Positions 1 through 13,284 of a stretch of 64,000 nucleotides of DNA are shown here, piece after piece. The notes below the pieces were generated by a model. It saw only the letters and a list, made by a program, of their open reading frames with translations. It was not told the origin of the DNA and did not search any database. The position numbers were made by a program, and so were the translations under genes. The DNA lies in NCBI RefSeq assembly GCF_006345805.1, contig NC_043008.1:60450001-60514000 (forward strand), written 5' to 3'. Origin of the DNA: Octopus sinensis (lineage: Eukaryota). Every line of letters starts with the position of its first letter. The first letter of the stretch is position 1.

Positions 1-529
1 CACGTATTCGTAAGGGTTTGATGTCGTCCATGACCGAGATTAGACATTACACTCAAAATATATTTATATAAACTACTGCATGTGGAGGAGTAACGATTAA
101 CATTGTTGGGCTATCCTATTTGTCAATCCTTACATAAGTATTTATGTATGATTTCAAGAATCTGGAAAGTCAATCTCTCCGTTCATTAATTTAATCATGC
201 TAGTTAACCTTTTTAATTTACCCCTTTGTGATGTTTAAATTTACTCTTAACCATCATTAATTAATTGTTTTAATTCATTCGACGTATCTTTGATATTCCT
301 TTAGATGTGCTAAATTTATGACGTGAACTATCTTCGAATCTTCATCCAGAGCTGTTGGAATTGTTCGACGTTTATTTATTTATTTATTTATTATTTTTTG
401 TAAAATGCTTTTTATATCAATCGCTTTTTCATGCATCACAAAGACTAAGATAGGAATTTTTTAATACTTGTTTGCACATACATACATAATTGAATTCTAT
501 ACATAAAGCACTCAAATATTACACACTCA

Positions 530-773
530 CAGAAACACACACACATGTATACATGTGTACCTATGTTTTTTAAATATATATATATATAATACATGTATGT
601 ATATATGCATGCATATAAAAAACATACATGCATACAGACATAAAGATATACATGCATATACACATATGTACATACATACATGCATATATATATCTATATA
701 TATACATGGCTACAAGAGTGTGCTTGTATATAAATAGTTCTATATAGGTATATGCATATGTATGTGTATATAA

Positions 774-818
<45 letters not shown>

Positions 819-915
819 GATGTATGTGTGCAGAAACATACGTACCTACATTTAAAAGAACGCATACACACGAGCGCACACACACATACATAAACACACA
901 GACAGACGACACACA

Positions 916-977
<62 letters not shown>

Positions 978-1050
978 TATATAGCATGTATACATATATG
1001 CATGTATGTATATATATATGAAATATATATACATACATACATGCATGCAT
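530..1050. repeat. Compound (TA)n/(CA)n/(TACA)n microsatellite
   Basis: Alternating purine-pyrimidine runs visible directly; they explain the poly-IY ORFs here. Confidence 0.95.
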
Positions 1051-1299
1051 ATATCCATTATTTACATCAAACTCCGTGTATGTCTTTTATTAACATTCCA
1101 AAAACACATACATCCATTCCTCTGACCTCATCCCCTTTGAAATGGTTCTGGCATTAATCTTTCCCAACTTAATGTCGAGAAATTTCAAATAGAAATCTCA
1201 CACCCACCTACACCCTTCGCTTCACATCCTCCCTCCCACTAATGCGCACTCACATTTCCATCTATACATATACAAGCATATACATACACACACAAGTAA

Positions 1300-1560
<261 letters not shown>

Positions 1561-3214
1561 ATGTATACTCGCATCTAAGAGTATACAAGCACATATACTG
1601 TCTGAAGAATGTGTACTTCAATAGTGGTTGCCTTGTACGATTTTGTTGATGATAGTGATGATGATAATGATGCTAATGACTCAGCCGTCTCCGACACCGC
1701 CGATAGTGGTACGTTCATGAGGAGTGGGAGTGGTATGCGGGCGTTGTAGTAGATAAGATGACTTTTAGTAGGGTGAGAAGGTGGAGGAAGCAATGTGTGT
1801 AGGTATGATGATATAATGCATGCCGTCTATATCTTTATCATCTGAATATCATCAGGTTCATCGTTGTTCTGTATTTAATAAAGATCACGACGCTGGTAAT
1901 GATGAGGGTAACAAGGATGGTGATGACAATCTTGATGACCATATTTACGTTTCCTCTCATCATCATCATCATCATAAATATATCATCGGGCAAAATGCTT
2001 AACGACAGGCAATTCCCTCAGATCTGTACGATCTGAATTCACATCCCGCACTTTCGCGGACAAACCCAAACACACACGTAGATACAGACACACACACACA
2101 TTCACACACATACACACACACTCACACACACACACACACACACACACAGATAGACACGTCCACAGGCTTGTTTCATTGCCTGTATTCCAAATGCACTGAG
2201 AAGGCTTATTTCGTTTTTTAAGTGGTTTGTGCCTTTTATCTTCTTTTGGTTTTTGAGCTGAATTCTATGCTATTTCTAGAAGATCAAGACTTGAAGTTCA
2301 ACCTCTTTGATAGAAGGTAATTGATACTGTTTTATTGCTGTTTAGCCTCTGGTCGGGTCTGGCTTAAAAGCCATGTTAAAGAAGATTAAAATTAACCCAT
2401 GCTGTATGGAGTACATTAGTAACTGCTATTAACTTTGGCTTTTACATTATTGGAGAAGGATTAAAATTATGGAAGAGAAATTTCTGTAATGCAGAGGAAA
2501 TGCTAAGAATGACAAATGCACATACGTTTATATCCAAATTCCCGAGCCTAATATTTACATGACATGTCAGCGACCGGAGCTGTACGTCAAGGTTTTGGGT
2601 GAAATTTCATTAAGTAATAACAGATGAAGGAGAAGATAGCAATTCTCAGACTACATTCTCAGGAAAGCATAAGCAATTAGATGAGACAACAAGCATATAT
2701 TTGATTACATTATAAAGTAGTGTGGAGTTATATGACGGCATATCTGTCATGAGAGTGTGGAAATGCAGGATGTTTTCTGTTGCTGTCACAGTTTTTGAAA
2801 TTTCAGAATCAACTGAAAATTTTCAAATTTGGTATACAGATGTAATTTTTCACGCTGAAGCTGATTTCGTTATTCATTTCTTCGAGAAAAAATTTTAAAA
2901 ACTGTTATACAGGTTTAAAGTTTGATCCTTTATACCCAATAACGAAGTAGGGTTAGGAAGCATATATTTTGTGCGTGATAGCTCTCTAGGACAACATTAC
3001 AATAGCAAACGTATAAGAAATTTTCAAGTCTTCATAAGTTTTAATGAATAAAGTCTTATGAAATGTTGTAAAAGGCGTGTGATATAAAAAGGAAACATCT
3101 TCAATGAATTTTATTTTATAGTGAAAAATTACAAAATTACAAACTGTAGTTCAGTTTATGTAAAAAAAATAATTTGTAGCAAAAATTGAAAATCGAAAGT
3201 TTGAGATTTACTCT

Positions 3215-3760
3215 TGGAGTTTCTCCTTAACCATTGAAATTTTCGTATCTCCTGCGCGTCATAAACTCGTAGGCATACGATAAACCATAGAACGGTGGGT
3301 CTCGCAACGAAGCGCCCTTTATTCACTCATTTTACACAGATGCATGTGCTTTTTTACGACTTACTGCGTGTGGGTACTATCTTTCAAGCAAAGAAACACA
3401 GCGCTGTGATTTACTGTTCGAAGTTGAAAATTATAACCATCAATTTCAGGAATGTGAGAAAAGGCCTTCCACAAGTCGCTGCAATTTGTGGTTTTTCGAT
3501 GAACCGATTGATGTATACATTCCACTAGTGTGAGGTGATTCCGACATGACACCGCATAGAGTAAAACCTGTCGAGTTTCGCGACCCACTACTCCCAGGAC
3601 CTGCTTCTCAGATAGTAAGCCCTCTTCCCCGCTTGTATTTAAGTCTTGAGGAAACTCTTTCATCTCCTTCAACAATCTTCCCAAGACAGCCTATCTGAAC
3701 TCCGGTCATTATATCACGGGCATAGCTGTACAATGACTCATCTCTATTTCTTTAGCACAA
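3215..3760 (-). mobile_element. Merlin (ISXO2/IS1595-like DDE) transposase fossil
   Basis: Minus-strand translation across frameshifts and stops gives QIGCLGKIVEGDE...KYKRGR, QVLGVVGRETRQVLLYAV, TTNCSDLWKAF, TVNHS, THTQ*V and YAYEFMTRRRY. These match the ISXO2/Merlin motifs GKIVEIDES, WVFGGIER, TIISDGWKAY, TVNHS, HTNTIE and YLxEFMWRRR. TIRs not identified. Confidence 0.85.
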
Positions 3761-3890
3761 AACCGGACTCAAGTCAAACCCATGAGTAAAGGAAAAGAAA
3801 CAGTATCTTTTCTAACAGGTACACTTGTTGCATCCTCCTCGGGAGCACCGCCAGTATATTTTCCGGCGAAACATCTTGTTCAAATAGTGA

Positions 3891-4263
3891 CTTTTACTAT
3901 ATTCTTTTACTCTTTTACTTGTATTATTCATGTGATTGTGGCCATGCTGGAGCACCGCCTTTTAGTCGAGCAAATCGACTCCAGGATTTATTCTTTGTAA
4001 GCTTATTCTATCGGTCTCTTTTGCCGAACCGCTAAGTTACGGGGACATAAACACACCAGCATCGGTTGCTGACATACAAACATATACACACATATATACA
4101 TATATACGACGAGCTTCTTTCAGTTTCCGCCTCCCAAATCCACTCACAAGTCTTTGGTCGGCCGGAGGCTATAGTAGAAGAAACTTGCTCAAGGTGCCAT
4201 GCAGTGGGACTGAACTCGGAACCATGTGGTTCATAAGCAAGTTACTTACCACACAGCCACTCA
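3891..4263 (-). mobile_element. tRNA-derived SINE, group A
   Basis: Reverse complement has an A-box-like GAGTGGCTGTGTGGTAAG, a B-box-like GAGTTCAGTCCC, the ccttgagcaag core, an internal TA/TG tract and a 3' tail ending gagtaaaagaat. Homologous to the 8084 and 43693 copies. Confidence 0.9.
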
Positions 4264-5042
4264 TAATTTTCTTTTAAGGATAACACAACTCTTCTGTAAG
4301 TAAGAAACCATGTCCTCCTCAGTTTTCAATTTCTCCATCATTTTCAAAAGGTTAACCGAGTTGGCTGCGGTTATACTTCTATTTAGTTTGAAAAGGTCCA
4401 GGAAAACACTCAATTCAAAATAAAGAAAATTAGGTAGTGACAGGATAGTAACTGAAAGTCTTCGTTCGTTTCCAAGAAAAAAAAAAGGGGGTGGATGACA
4501 AAAAAGTTGGGAGTACTAACATTCAGAAAAATAGGCACGTGTTAAAGAAAATAAATAGGTAAAAGCAATACACGTGGTTGGAGTTTTAAACAGACTATAC
4601 CTTGACTTGTAACTATGGAAACAGGTACCAATATATCTGTGGATTTCGATTTACTAAGATTATCCAAAACTTGTAAACCTTAAAAGCTATTAATTAACTG
4701 TTCATTCATTAATTTACTGCAAAAATGAAGTTCATTTCCATACTTCGCATACAAAACTACATCAGTACAGAAAATTTGAAAACGACTGCAACAGAATTAA
4801 ATGAATTGAAAATTCTGACAGCTACACAAAAGATACGAAATACATGATGGAGATAGATTGATAGGAGAGAGACAGGGAATGAGATAGTCAGGAGTTATAG
4901 ATATAATTCCTTGTTCCTAAGAACATTTAATTGTTTAGTGAGTACACTTGAGGGTCAACATGTGGCGATTACACACTTAAAACAAACCCTGTGAGGTTCA
5001 TATGTGACGCTGTATGTATGTACGTATGCAGATATCTGTACA

Positions 5043-5200
<158 letters not shown>

Positions 5201-5211
5201 TAAGACAATGA

Positions 5212-5522
5212 TTTTTTATTTATTTATGCGCCCTTTTCAAGCCTAGCCAAGCTCATGGGCCCGGTTTTCCGGTGTTTGTGGCGTATGTGTTCCCCCCAGC
5301 TGGCGTCCCATCGCAGAGTTACTCAAGAAACAGGAAGAGAGAGTGAGAGAAAGTTGGAGTGAAAGCGTACAAGATGGGTCTCCACCACCCCATGCTGGAG
5401 CCTCGTGGAGCTTTTAGGTGTTTTTGCTCAATAAATTCACACAACGCCCGGTCTGGGAATCAAAACTGCGATCCTCCAACCGCGAGACCGCTACCCTAAC
5501 TACTGAACCATTGCGCCTCCAC
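5212..5522 (-). mobile_element. tRNA-derived SINE, group B (head H1 + tail T2)
   Basis: Reverse complement starts GTGGAGGCGCAATGGTTCAGTAGTTAGGG, with B-box-like TTTTGATTCCC. The head and body match 21641; the 3' tail matches 62703. Confidence 0.88.
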
Positions 5523-5759
5523 ACACACGACCCCACAAAGAACACAAAAGCAAATGCATACACGTACAAACACATACATTGATACCCGTCCAATACACGC
5601 ACTGATCAACAATAAACATACACATAGATTCTGAAATATAAAAGTACAAGTATACACGATTGTGAAGTCAACAAGACGAGACACATTGCAAACGACATTA
5701 TCTACTCTGCTCTGCTTCTATATATACGTTGAATCGTTGAAATTCTTTTTCTGTGTTTT

Positions 5760-5969
5760 CTTCTCTCACCTGACTTTTACATCTCTCTCTGTCTCTCTCT
5801 CTTTCTCTCTCTTTCTCTCTCTTATTTTCTCTCGCTCCCTCTTTCTTTCTCTCTCTTATTCTCTCTCTCTCAATCTTTCTCTCGCTTTTTCGCTTTCGCT
5901 GCACACTGTATGTAAATTTATACATACGCTATATATTTATACATACATACATATAGATATGTATATATG

Positions 5970-6013
<44 letters not shown>

Positions 6014-6086
6014 TATATACATATATATAATATATATTATACATATATATATATACATATATAATATATATATATATTATATATAT

Positions 6087-6129
<43 letters not shown>

Positions 6130-6434
6130 CATATATATATATATATATACATATATATATACATATGTACATATATATAATATATATATGTAGATATGCA
6201 CACACACACATATATATATATGTGTATATATATATATATCATTTTATATCTATATTATATATATACATATATATGTTTAGATATGTACTTATATATATGT
6301 ATATGTACATATATGTGAATTTATATATGCATATATATATATGCATCTGTATGTATGTATATATATATGAGTACATATGTGTATATATATATGCGCGTGT
6401 TTGTGTGCATGTGATATATATATATATATATATC

Positions 6435-6469
<35 letters not shown>

Positions 6470-6495
6470 ATATGTGCGTGCCTGTGTGTCTATGT
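5760..6495. repeat. (CT)n then long degenerate (TA)n/(TG)n microsatellite
   Basis: Direct inspection. Confidence 0.95.
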
Positions 6496-6734
6496 GAGTC
6501 CATTTTCTATCCCAATATGCAATACATGTTTAGAGAAATTTCACCAATATAAGAACAGAAGCCATCGCAGTAAAGTGTGTTTCGCAAGAATGAACACATT
6601 TATGATACCATTTCATGAGCTGACAACGGAATTGCAACAAAGATCAAAAAGTCTCCAGACTTTTTGATATTATTCTTTACCATTTTATTTTGATTGATAT
6701 TCACTACACGTTTACTTCTTGTTCTTGTTCTTGT

Positions 6735-6831
6735 TCTTCATTATTATTATTATTATTATTATTATATTATTAATATTATTATTATTATTATTAATATTAT
6801 TATTATTATTATTATATTATTATTATTATTA

Positions 6832-6863
<32 letters not shown>

Positions 6864-6885
6864 GTGATGATGATCATTATTATTA
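6735..6885. repeat. (TAT)n trinucleotide microsatellite
   Basis: Direct inspection. Confidence 0.95.
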
Positions 6886-7424
6886 TTATTTGCTGTTTAT
6901 TTGGCTTTTGGAGAGATCTTTGTTTTTGTTTTTAGGTTTTTGCTCTTTGCAGATGTTCCTTCAGTTTTATTCTATCTAACCTTGTTGTTGTTGTCGGTGT
7001 TGTTGTTGTTGTTGTTATGTTACTTGTTCATATTTCGACTTCATTTTTTTCCTTCTTCTCATGATTCTTAATCTCCCCCTCTCCCCCTTCGTTTATCTTA
7101 TTATTCTACTCCTTCCTCAACCACCGCCTTCATTCCTTTCTCTCTTCTTCTTTCTCACCAGCCATTTCGTCATTCTCCTACTTCTTCATCTCGCTCTCTC
7201 TCTCTCTCTCTTCTACTTATACTTCTCTTCCTTTTCCACTTCTTTCTTCATGATAGTTCTCTCTTTCCTCATTCTCTTATTACTGCATGTTTTTTCGCTC
7301 TATGCTTTCTCTTTTCTTTTCTTCACCTTAATATCCTCCTTCTTCTTTTGCACCACTTTCCTTCCTCCTCTTTTACTTCTTCATTTTCTTATTTTGTCTT
7401 CCCCTCGCCCTCCTTCTTTTACCA

Positions 7425-7537
7425 CCACCAACATCACCATCACCATCATCCTCATCATCTCCACCACAACCACCATCATCACCACCACCACCATCATCTC
7501 CACCACCACCACCATCATCTCCACCACCATCATCATC

Positions 7538-7604
<67 letters not shown>

Positions 7605-7769
7605 CCATCATCCTCATCTCCACCATCATCCTCACCTCCACCACCACCATCACCTCCACCACCACCATCACCTCCACCACCGCCATCTCCACCACCTCCA
7701 TCACCACCACCACCACCACCACCACATCTACCACCACCACCACCACTATCATCATCATCATCATCATCA

Positions 7770-7800
<31 letters not shown>
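7425..7800. repeat. Compound (CAC)n/(CAT)n/(TAT)n trinucleotide repeat
   Basis: Source of the poly-H, poly-T and poly-M ORFs; open in several frames and on both strands. Confidence 0.95.
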
Positions 7801-7801
<1 letters not shown>

Positions 7802-7808
7802 TTGTCAG

Positions 7809-7994
7809 AAGACGAAGACCAGGAACGCCGATGATCTTTTGCAGAGACTCCGAGACTACCGCTACATAAAGAAAGGAAGTTACCCACATGATAGTAACTT
7901 GATTCGAATACGGGAAGCAGAGTGCATTTCGCCAAATGGCATCTTGTTGTCTGGTTGCTGTGATGTTGGCGGTTATGGTCGTGGCATTGTTTAA
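7809..7994 (+). CDS. Candidate terminal coding exon of unknown protein (KTKTRNADDLLQRLRDYRYIKKGSYPHDSNLIRIREAECISPNGILLSGCCDVGGYGRGIV*)
   Basis: Non-repetitive, CpG-rich island. ttttgtcAG acceptor at 7807-7808, then 61 open codons to TAA at 7992-7994. No family recognised. An alternative minus-strand exon (7884-8013) also has splice signals. Confidence 0.3.
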   Translation, partial: KTKTRNADDLLQRLRDYRYIKKGSYPHDSNLIRIREAECISPNGILLSGCCDVGGYGRGIV

Positions 7995-8083
7995 ACCAGA
8001 TAAAAATAAGATACTAGATAAAAAAAAAAACAGTTTCTTCACTGTAATGGACGGATAGAATAAGAAGAAGCGTGTTTATTTAG

Positions 8084-8322
8084 ATTACTCTTTTATTACT
8101 CTTTTACTCTCTTACTTTTTTCAGTCATTTGACTGCGGCCATGCTGGAGCACCGCCTTTAATCGAGCAAATCGACCCCGGGACTTATTCTTTTGCAAGCC
8201 CAGTACTTATTCTATTGGTCTCTTTTGCCGAACCGCTAGGTAACCGGGACATAAACACGCCAGCATAGGTTGTCAAGCAATGCTAGGGGGACAAACACAG
8301 GCACACAAACACACACACGCAC

Positions 8323-8405
<83 letters not shown>

Positions 8406-8566
8406 TACGACGGGCATCTTTCAGTTTCCGTCTACCAAATCCACTCACAAGGCTTTGGTCGGCCCGAGGCTATAGTAGAAGACACTTGCCCAAGGTGCCA
8501 CACAGTGGGACCGAACCTGAAACCATGTGGTTGGTAAGCAATGTACTTACCACACAGCCACTCCTG
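8084..8566 (-). mobile_element. tRNA-derived SINE, group A, full length with expanded internal (CA)(TA)n
   Basis: Complete head (ccacacagccactcctg) through tail (tactcttttact...); internal microsatellite of about 100 bp. Confidence 0.92.
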
Positions 8567-9189
8567 TTAAAGTTTCCAAGTTCAAATCCAGCAAAATTCG
8601 TGAAGTTTGTAGAAAACGCCGAGGAAGAAACTAAAATGCTGAAGAATTTGATTTACGTATTTTGGACGAGAAAATAAGAGTCAATCAAGAACCGAATCGA
8701 TATACACTCCAGTACCAATTCTCCACCCAAGTTCGTGCTGGCGTGACTATGGTATCGATCACTTTTATTATAGTTCGAAAGATAAAGGGGTAGGAATCGC
8801 AGAGTTTCAAGGCTAAGTTTCTTTGTGATCTGATTTAAGACCCTCACCGGCGCCAGATATGTTTTCGTTATTCAGTGATCAATAAATTCAGTAAAATTTC
8901 TGTACAATGTCCCTCGTATTGATTAAAACCTCTGTCTAGAATCTTTGAACTTTTGGTGTCAATGTCAAAAATCTTTGTCGTCGACGTCGTCGTCGTCGTC
9001 ATCATCACAGCCATATATACATCCTTACTATCAGCATCATTACTTATGATAGTACAAAACAGAAGGAAAATAATACAGCATTAATATTATTGTTTTTTTT
9101 TTGTTTTTGCTAGTGCGACCTGTAAAGAACAGCACTTACTCTTTCAAACCCCACTTCAACATCTTACGGAAGGAAAGGTATATTGGGTA

Positions 9190-9630
<441 letters not shown>

Positions 9631-10244
9631 GTGTACTATACTATAAATAGTGGGATTCTCATTCGATTTTTGGATAGAACCAAAGCAAAATTTTACCATG
9701 ATTTTTTCAAACAGCTCATACAGCATCTCGATTGCAAATCCTGGCCAGTGTGTCACTACTTTTTGAGAAAAGTCAAGATTTGAACTTTAATTCTCAGAGC
9801 TGGAATAAATAATGTGCTGAATCTCACAAGTCGCTATGATAATTTCGCAAATCCGACGCTATAAAATCGTAATTTCTTTTTGGTGGAGTCACGAAAGTAG
9901 TAATTAACTTTGATGGCTTTCACCATGTGAGCATTGAGGGATAGAACAAATACCAGGGGTAATTTATCAAACAACCTAACGCGTGGGCATATTTGTCTTC
10001 ACACACAGATACCCACACACGCACGCGTTCATATTTATTACAACAAATATTACACAAATACACATATACACATATATACATATTAGTATAAGCATATATG
10101 TGTGTACACACACTTGTACTCACACACACATATGCACGCACACAAGCACCCTCATACAAATAGAGAAGCTTGTATACAAATGCATACATTAACATGCATA
10201 CACACACACATAACTGTATGCTTCCATTTGGAATATATCTTCTA

Positions 10245-10638
10245 CTAGCAGTATCGCCCGGCGTTGCTCGGTTTTGTAAGGGAAATAACTATATAAGCAT
10301 TTTTAGAGAGTTATATCCAACAAGTAGCAAAAAAATGCATTAAAATGGAAAAACAATGTTGGTAAATTTTTTCAAACATCGTTGACTCATCGTAGACATT
10401 TTTAGAGAGTTACTTCCCTTATATAATAGCGAAAAAATGCATTAAAATGAAACAAATCATGGTATTTTTTTTTTAATCGTAGACTCATCGTAGACGCGCG
10501 CTAATATCCAGAAGGGCTCGATATGAATCACGACTATAAGACACCCGGTTTTGGTTAAACTGCACCGCAAAATGTGGGAGTAGTTAGGAATCTAAATCGT
10601 AGGTGACAGACACACAACTTGACTTTTATATATAAAGA
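10245..10638 (-). mobile_element. Non-autonomous Helitron (394 bp)
   Basis: Minus strand starts A|TCTTTATATATAAAAG and ends with hairpin CCGAGCAACGCCGGG + CGATACTG + CTAG|T, inserted between A and T. Contains an internal ~99-bp tandem duplication. Confidence 0.85.
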
Positions 10639-12086
10639 TTTCTGATCAAAATAATAATAGAACAGTTTAGGTTCATGACGACTTTCCTCACTTGTACTTG
10701 ACCCTGGGCTAAATAATAATAATAATAAAAGCAATGGCAAAAGCAAAACTAAAACCAAAAACAGTACTAACAATCACCCAATCTCTTCTTACTATCAACG
10801 GGACTTTCCTGGCTATTTAATAGTAATCTTACTGTGTGTAAATGTTATATTGATGGTTAAATGAGAAACATGGAGTTGTTTTTATATCAATATCAACACA
10901 GAACGTTTGGAAGTTTACCAAAATTTCATGTTAATATTTGAAGAGTTGATGTAGTTAATAAATGATAGGAAGCTCAGAACATCATGCAAACTGTCGATGA
11001 ATGCCATCTGTACGTTCACCCTCGCTTAAATACTAATCCGGTCAAGCCAAAATATTTCGAATGGCAATGAGAATTAGCCCTCACGCCATAGAATTCTGTA
11101 ACTCGTGTCGAGTCTATATTTGTGAGTTCAAATCAGCTAAAATATCCATTTGTACGCTTTGTATGCTCAATAAAGATATTCTTATCTTATTACAAAATAA
11201 CTTGAGTTTACTAATAATAAATCGAAATGTCATAAACTAAGTTTGAAGAAATAAAATATTTTGACAGGAATAAAATTCATACAAAGTTTTCTCTAATTAA
11301 TTATCTAGATTCTGAATTTTCATAAGCTTTAACTGAAAGGTTAAGACTAGTTGATTTTAAAATTGTAGGTAACATATTGTACTATTCTACACGTTGGGTG
11401 GATTTTAAATGTAAGAATATGAAACGTAGAAGAGTTGATAGTTGATAATTGATTTCTATACTGAAGTCAAGTTAAGATATTTATGAAGAAAAAAGAAATC
11501 TGTCGAAGCTGGAAAGATCTTAATATATTCAAAAATAAATATAAAACCATTGAAACCTTACAGAAAAAAATTGAGAGAAAAATGTTAAGATATATTATTT
11601 CTTCTCAGCGACCATATGAAAGAGAAGAAAAATAATATTGATTTTTCATGGAGATAGTTCTGTAGTTGATCTAACGGTAGATAGAGGGATAGATAAAGGT
11701 CTGAACAATTGAGATTGCGAAGAGCATCAGATGAAAAATGTAAATCTTCAAAAGAAACCTCACTCATGGAGAGATAGTAGAAATGATAAAAGAAGAGGAG
11801 AGAGAGAGAGAGAGAGAGAGAAAGAAAGAGAGAGATTGAGCAAGTATGCTGTGTGATTGTGAGGCATTGGAAAGATTAGAAAAAAGACGTAAGTTGCCAG
11901 ATAAATCTGAATACATACGTACATACATACACACACAAATATATATATATATAATATATATGAAGAGGGAAAGATATGGAATGCGTGAGAGGCAGTGAGA
12001 AAAAGCGAAGTGAAAATGTGCAAAAGATGGAAAGTGAAAATAAGATCCGTTTGTGTGTGTGTTTATGTACACACACACACACACAC

Positions 12087-12129
<43 letters not shown>

Positions 12130-12545
12130 ATATATATATACATGCATATATATATAAGAGTCGGATGGAAATGACTACTAGAAACAGCTATAATTTTTTC
12201 ATGAACTGCAAATTGAAAGCCAATTAGATTATATTTAATGAGTTTTAGTAAAGTGGGGTGATTACTAATTTCCCACGAGACATGCAATTTTAATAGAAAA
12301 AATGTCTTCTTTTCGTGTGGTCGGCCGACGTGTAGGCCACGGCGACTCAATCAAGACAAATGGAATAAGAAAGTATGCCGTGTCTCACAGTGATAAAGTT
12401 GAGATTAGGTTGCGAAATATCTCAAATGTTAAGAAGTATTTCAAGTGAACAGTAGCAGTTGATTCTACACGAGTTCAACGAGATTTTAATCCTATGGAAC
12501 AGCTGGTGAAAATGGCCTCTAAAATAGTAGTATCAATTTCTGGCT

Positions 12546-12725
12546 AAGATGGCAAGCTGACAGAATCTGTGTACCCCGGGTAAAATACTTACCAGCATTT
12601 CGTACATATTTGCGTTCTGAGTTCAAATACTGCCGAGGTCGACTTTGCTTTTCATGATATCTGGGTCGATAAAATAAGCACCAGCTGGGTACTGGGCTCA
12701 ATGTAATCGACTCACCCTTGCCTTT
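12546..12725 (+). mobile_element. tRNA-derived SINE, group C (diverged)
   Basis: ctgagttcaaat (B-box-like), then gaggtcgactttgcttttcat...gggtcgataaaataagcaccag. The latter resembles the Deu/Nin-type core as I recall it. Confidence 0.82.
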
Positions 12726-13080
12726 GCTGGCCATATGAAACCGACATAAATTGTAACCAAAATTAAATTCTGTCATGGGATCAAGACTACGCAATAATAG
12801 TGCTGAAATATCCTGCCTTTCCAGGAAACTCAAATGTTAAACGATCTGAATAATCCTTGGTTTCATATCGAAATGTTTTATGAATGTTATTAGATATACT
12901 CGATAAATCAAATGAAATCATTAGTATGCTTATTAATATATTTGATAAAGACACTGTAAATTATACGGAAATTAAATGGGCTATTAAGACTGTTTGAAAA
13001 TGTGCATGTATATATATATATATATATATTTCTAAATTCGGTATGTGGTAAGGCAACTCGTTGCTAAACCTTATTGCTTA

Positions 13081-13114
<34 letters not shown>

Positions 13115-13118
<4 letters not shown>

Positions 13119-13284
13119 CGACGGGTTTCTTTCAGTTTCCGTCTACCAAATCCACTCACAAGGCTTTGGTCGGCCCGAGGCTATTGTAGAAGACACTTGC
13201 CCAACGTGCCACGCAGTAGGACTGAACCCTGAACCATGTGGTTCGTAAGCAAGCTATTTACCACACAGCCACTCCTGCGCCTAT
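13115..13284 (-). mobile_element. SINE group A, 5' half only
   Basis: Head to the internal (TA)n; 3' half absent. Confidence 0.88.

Noticed and set aside
7061-7935. His-rich, Thr/Ile-rich and Met/Val-rich long ORFs
   Set aside because: They are produced by the (CAC)/(CAT)/(TAT) repeat; there is no domain signal.
12519-12833. ORF with a GTGAGT donor-like site
   Set aside because: Two thirds of it is antisense SINE C, and the donor-like word is part of the SINE tail.
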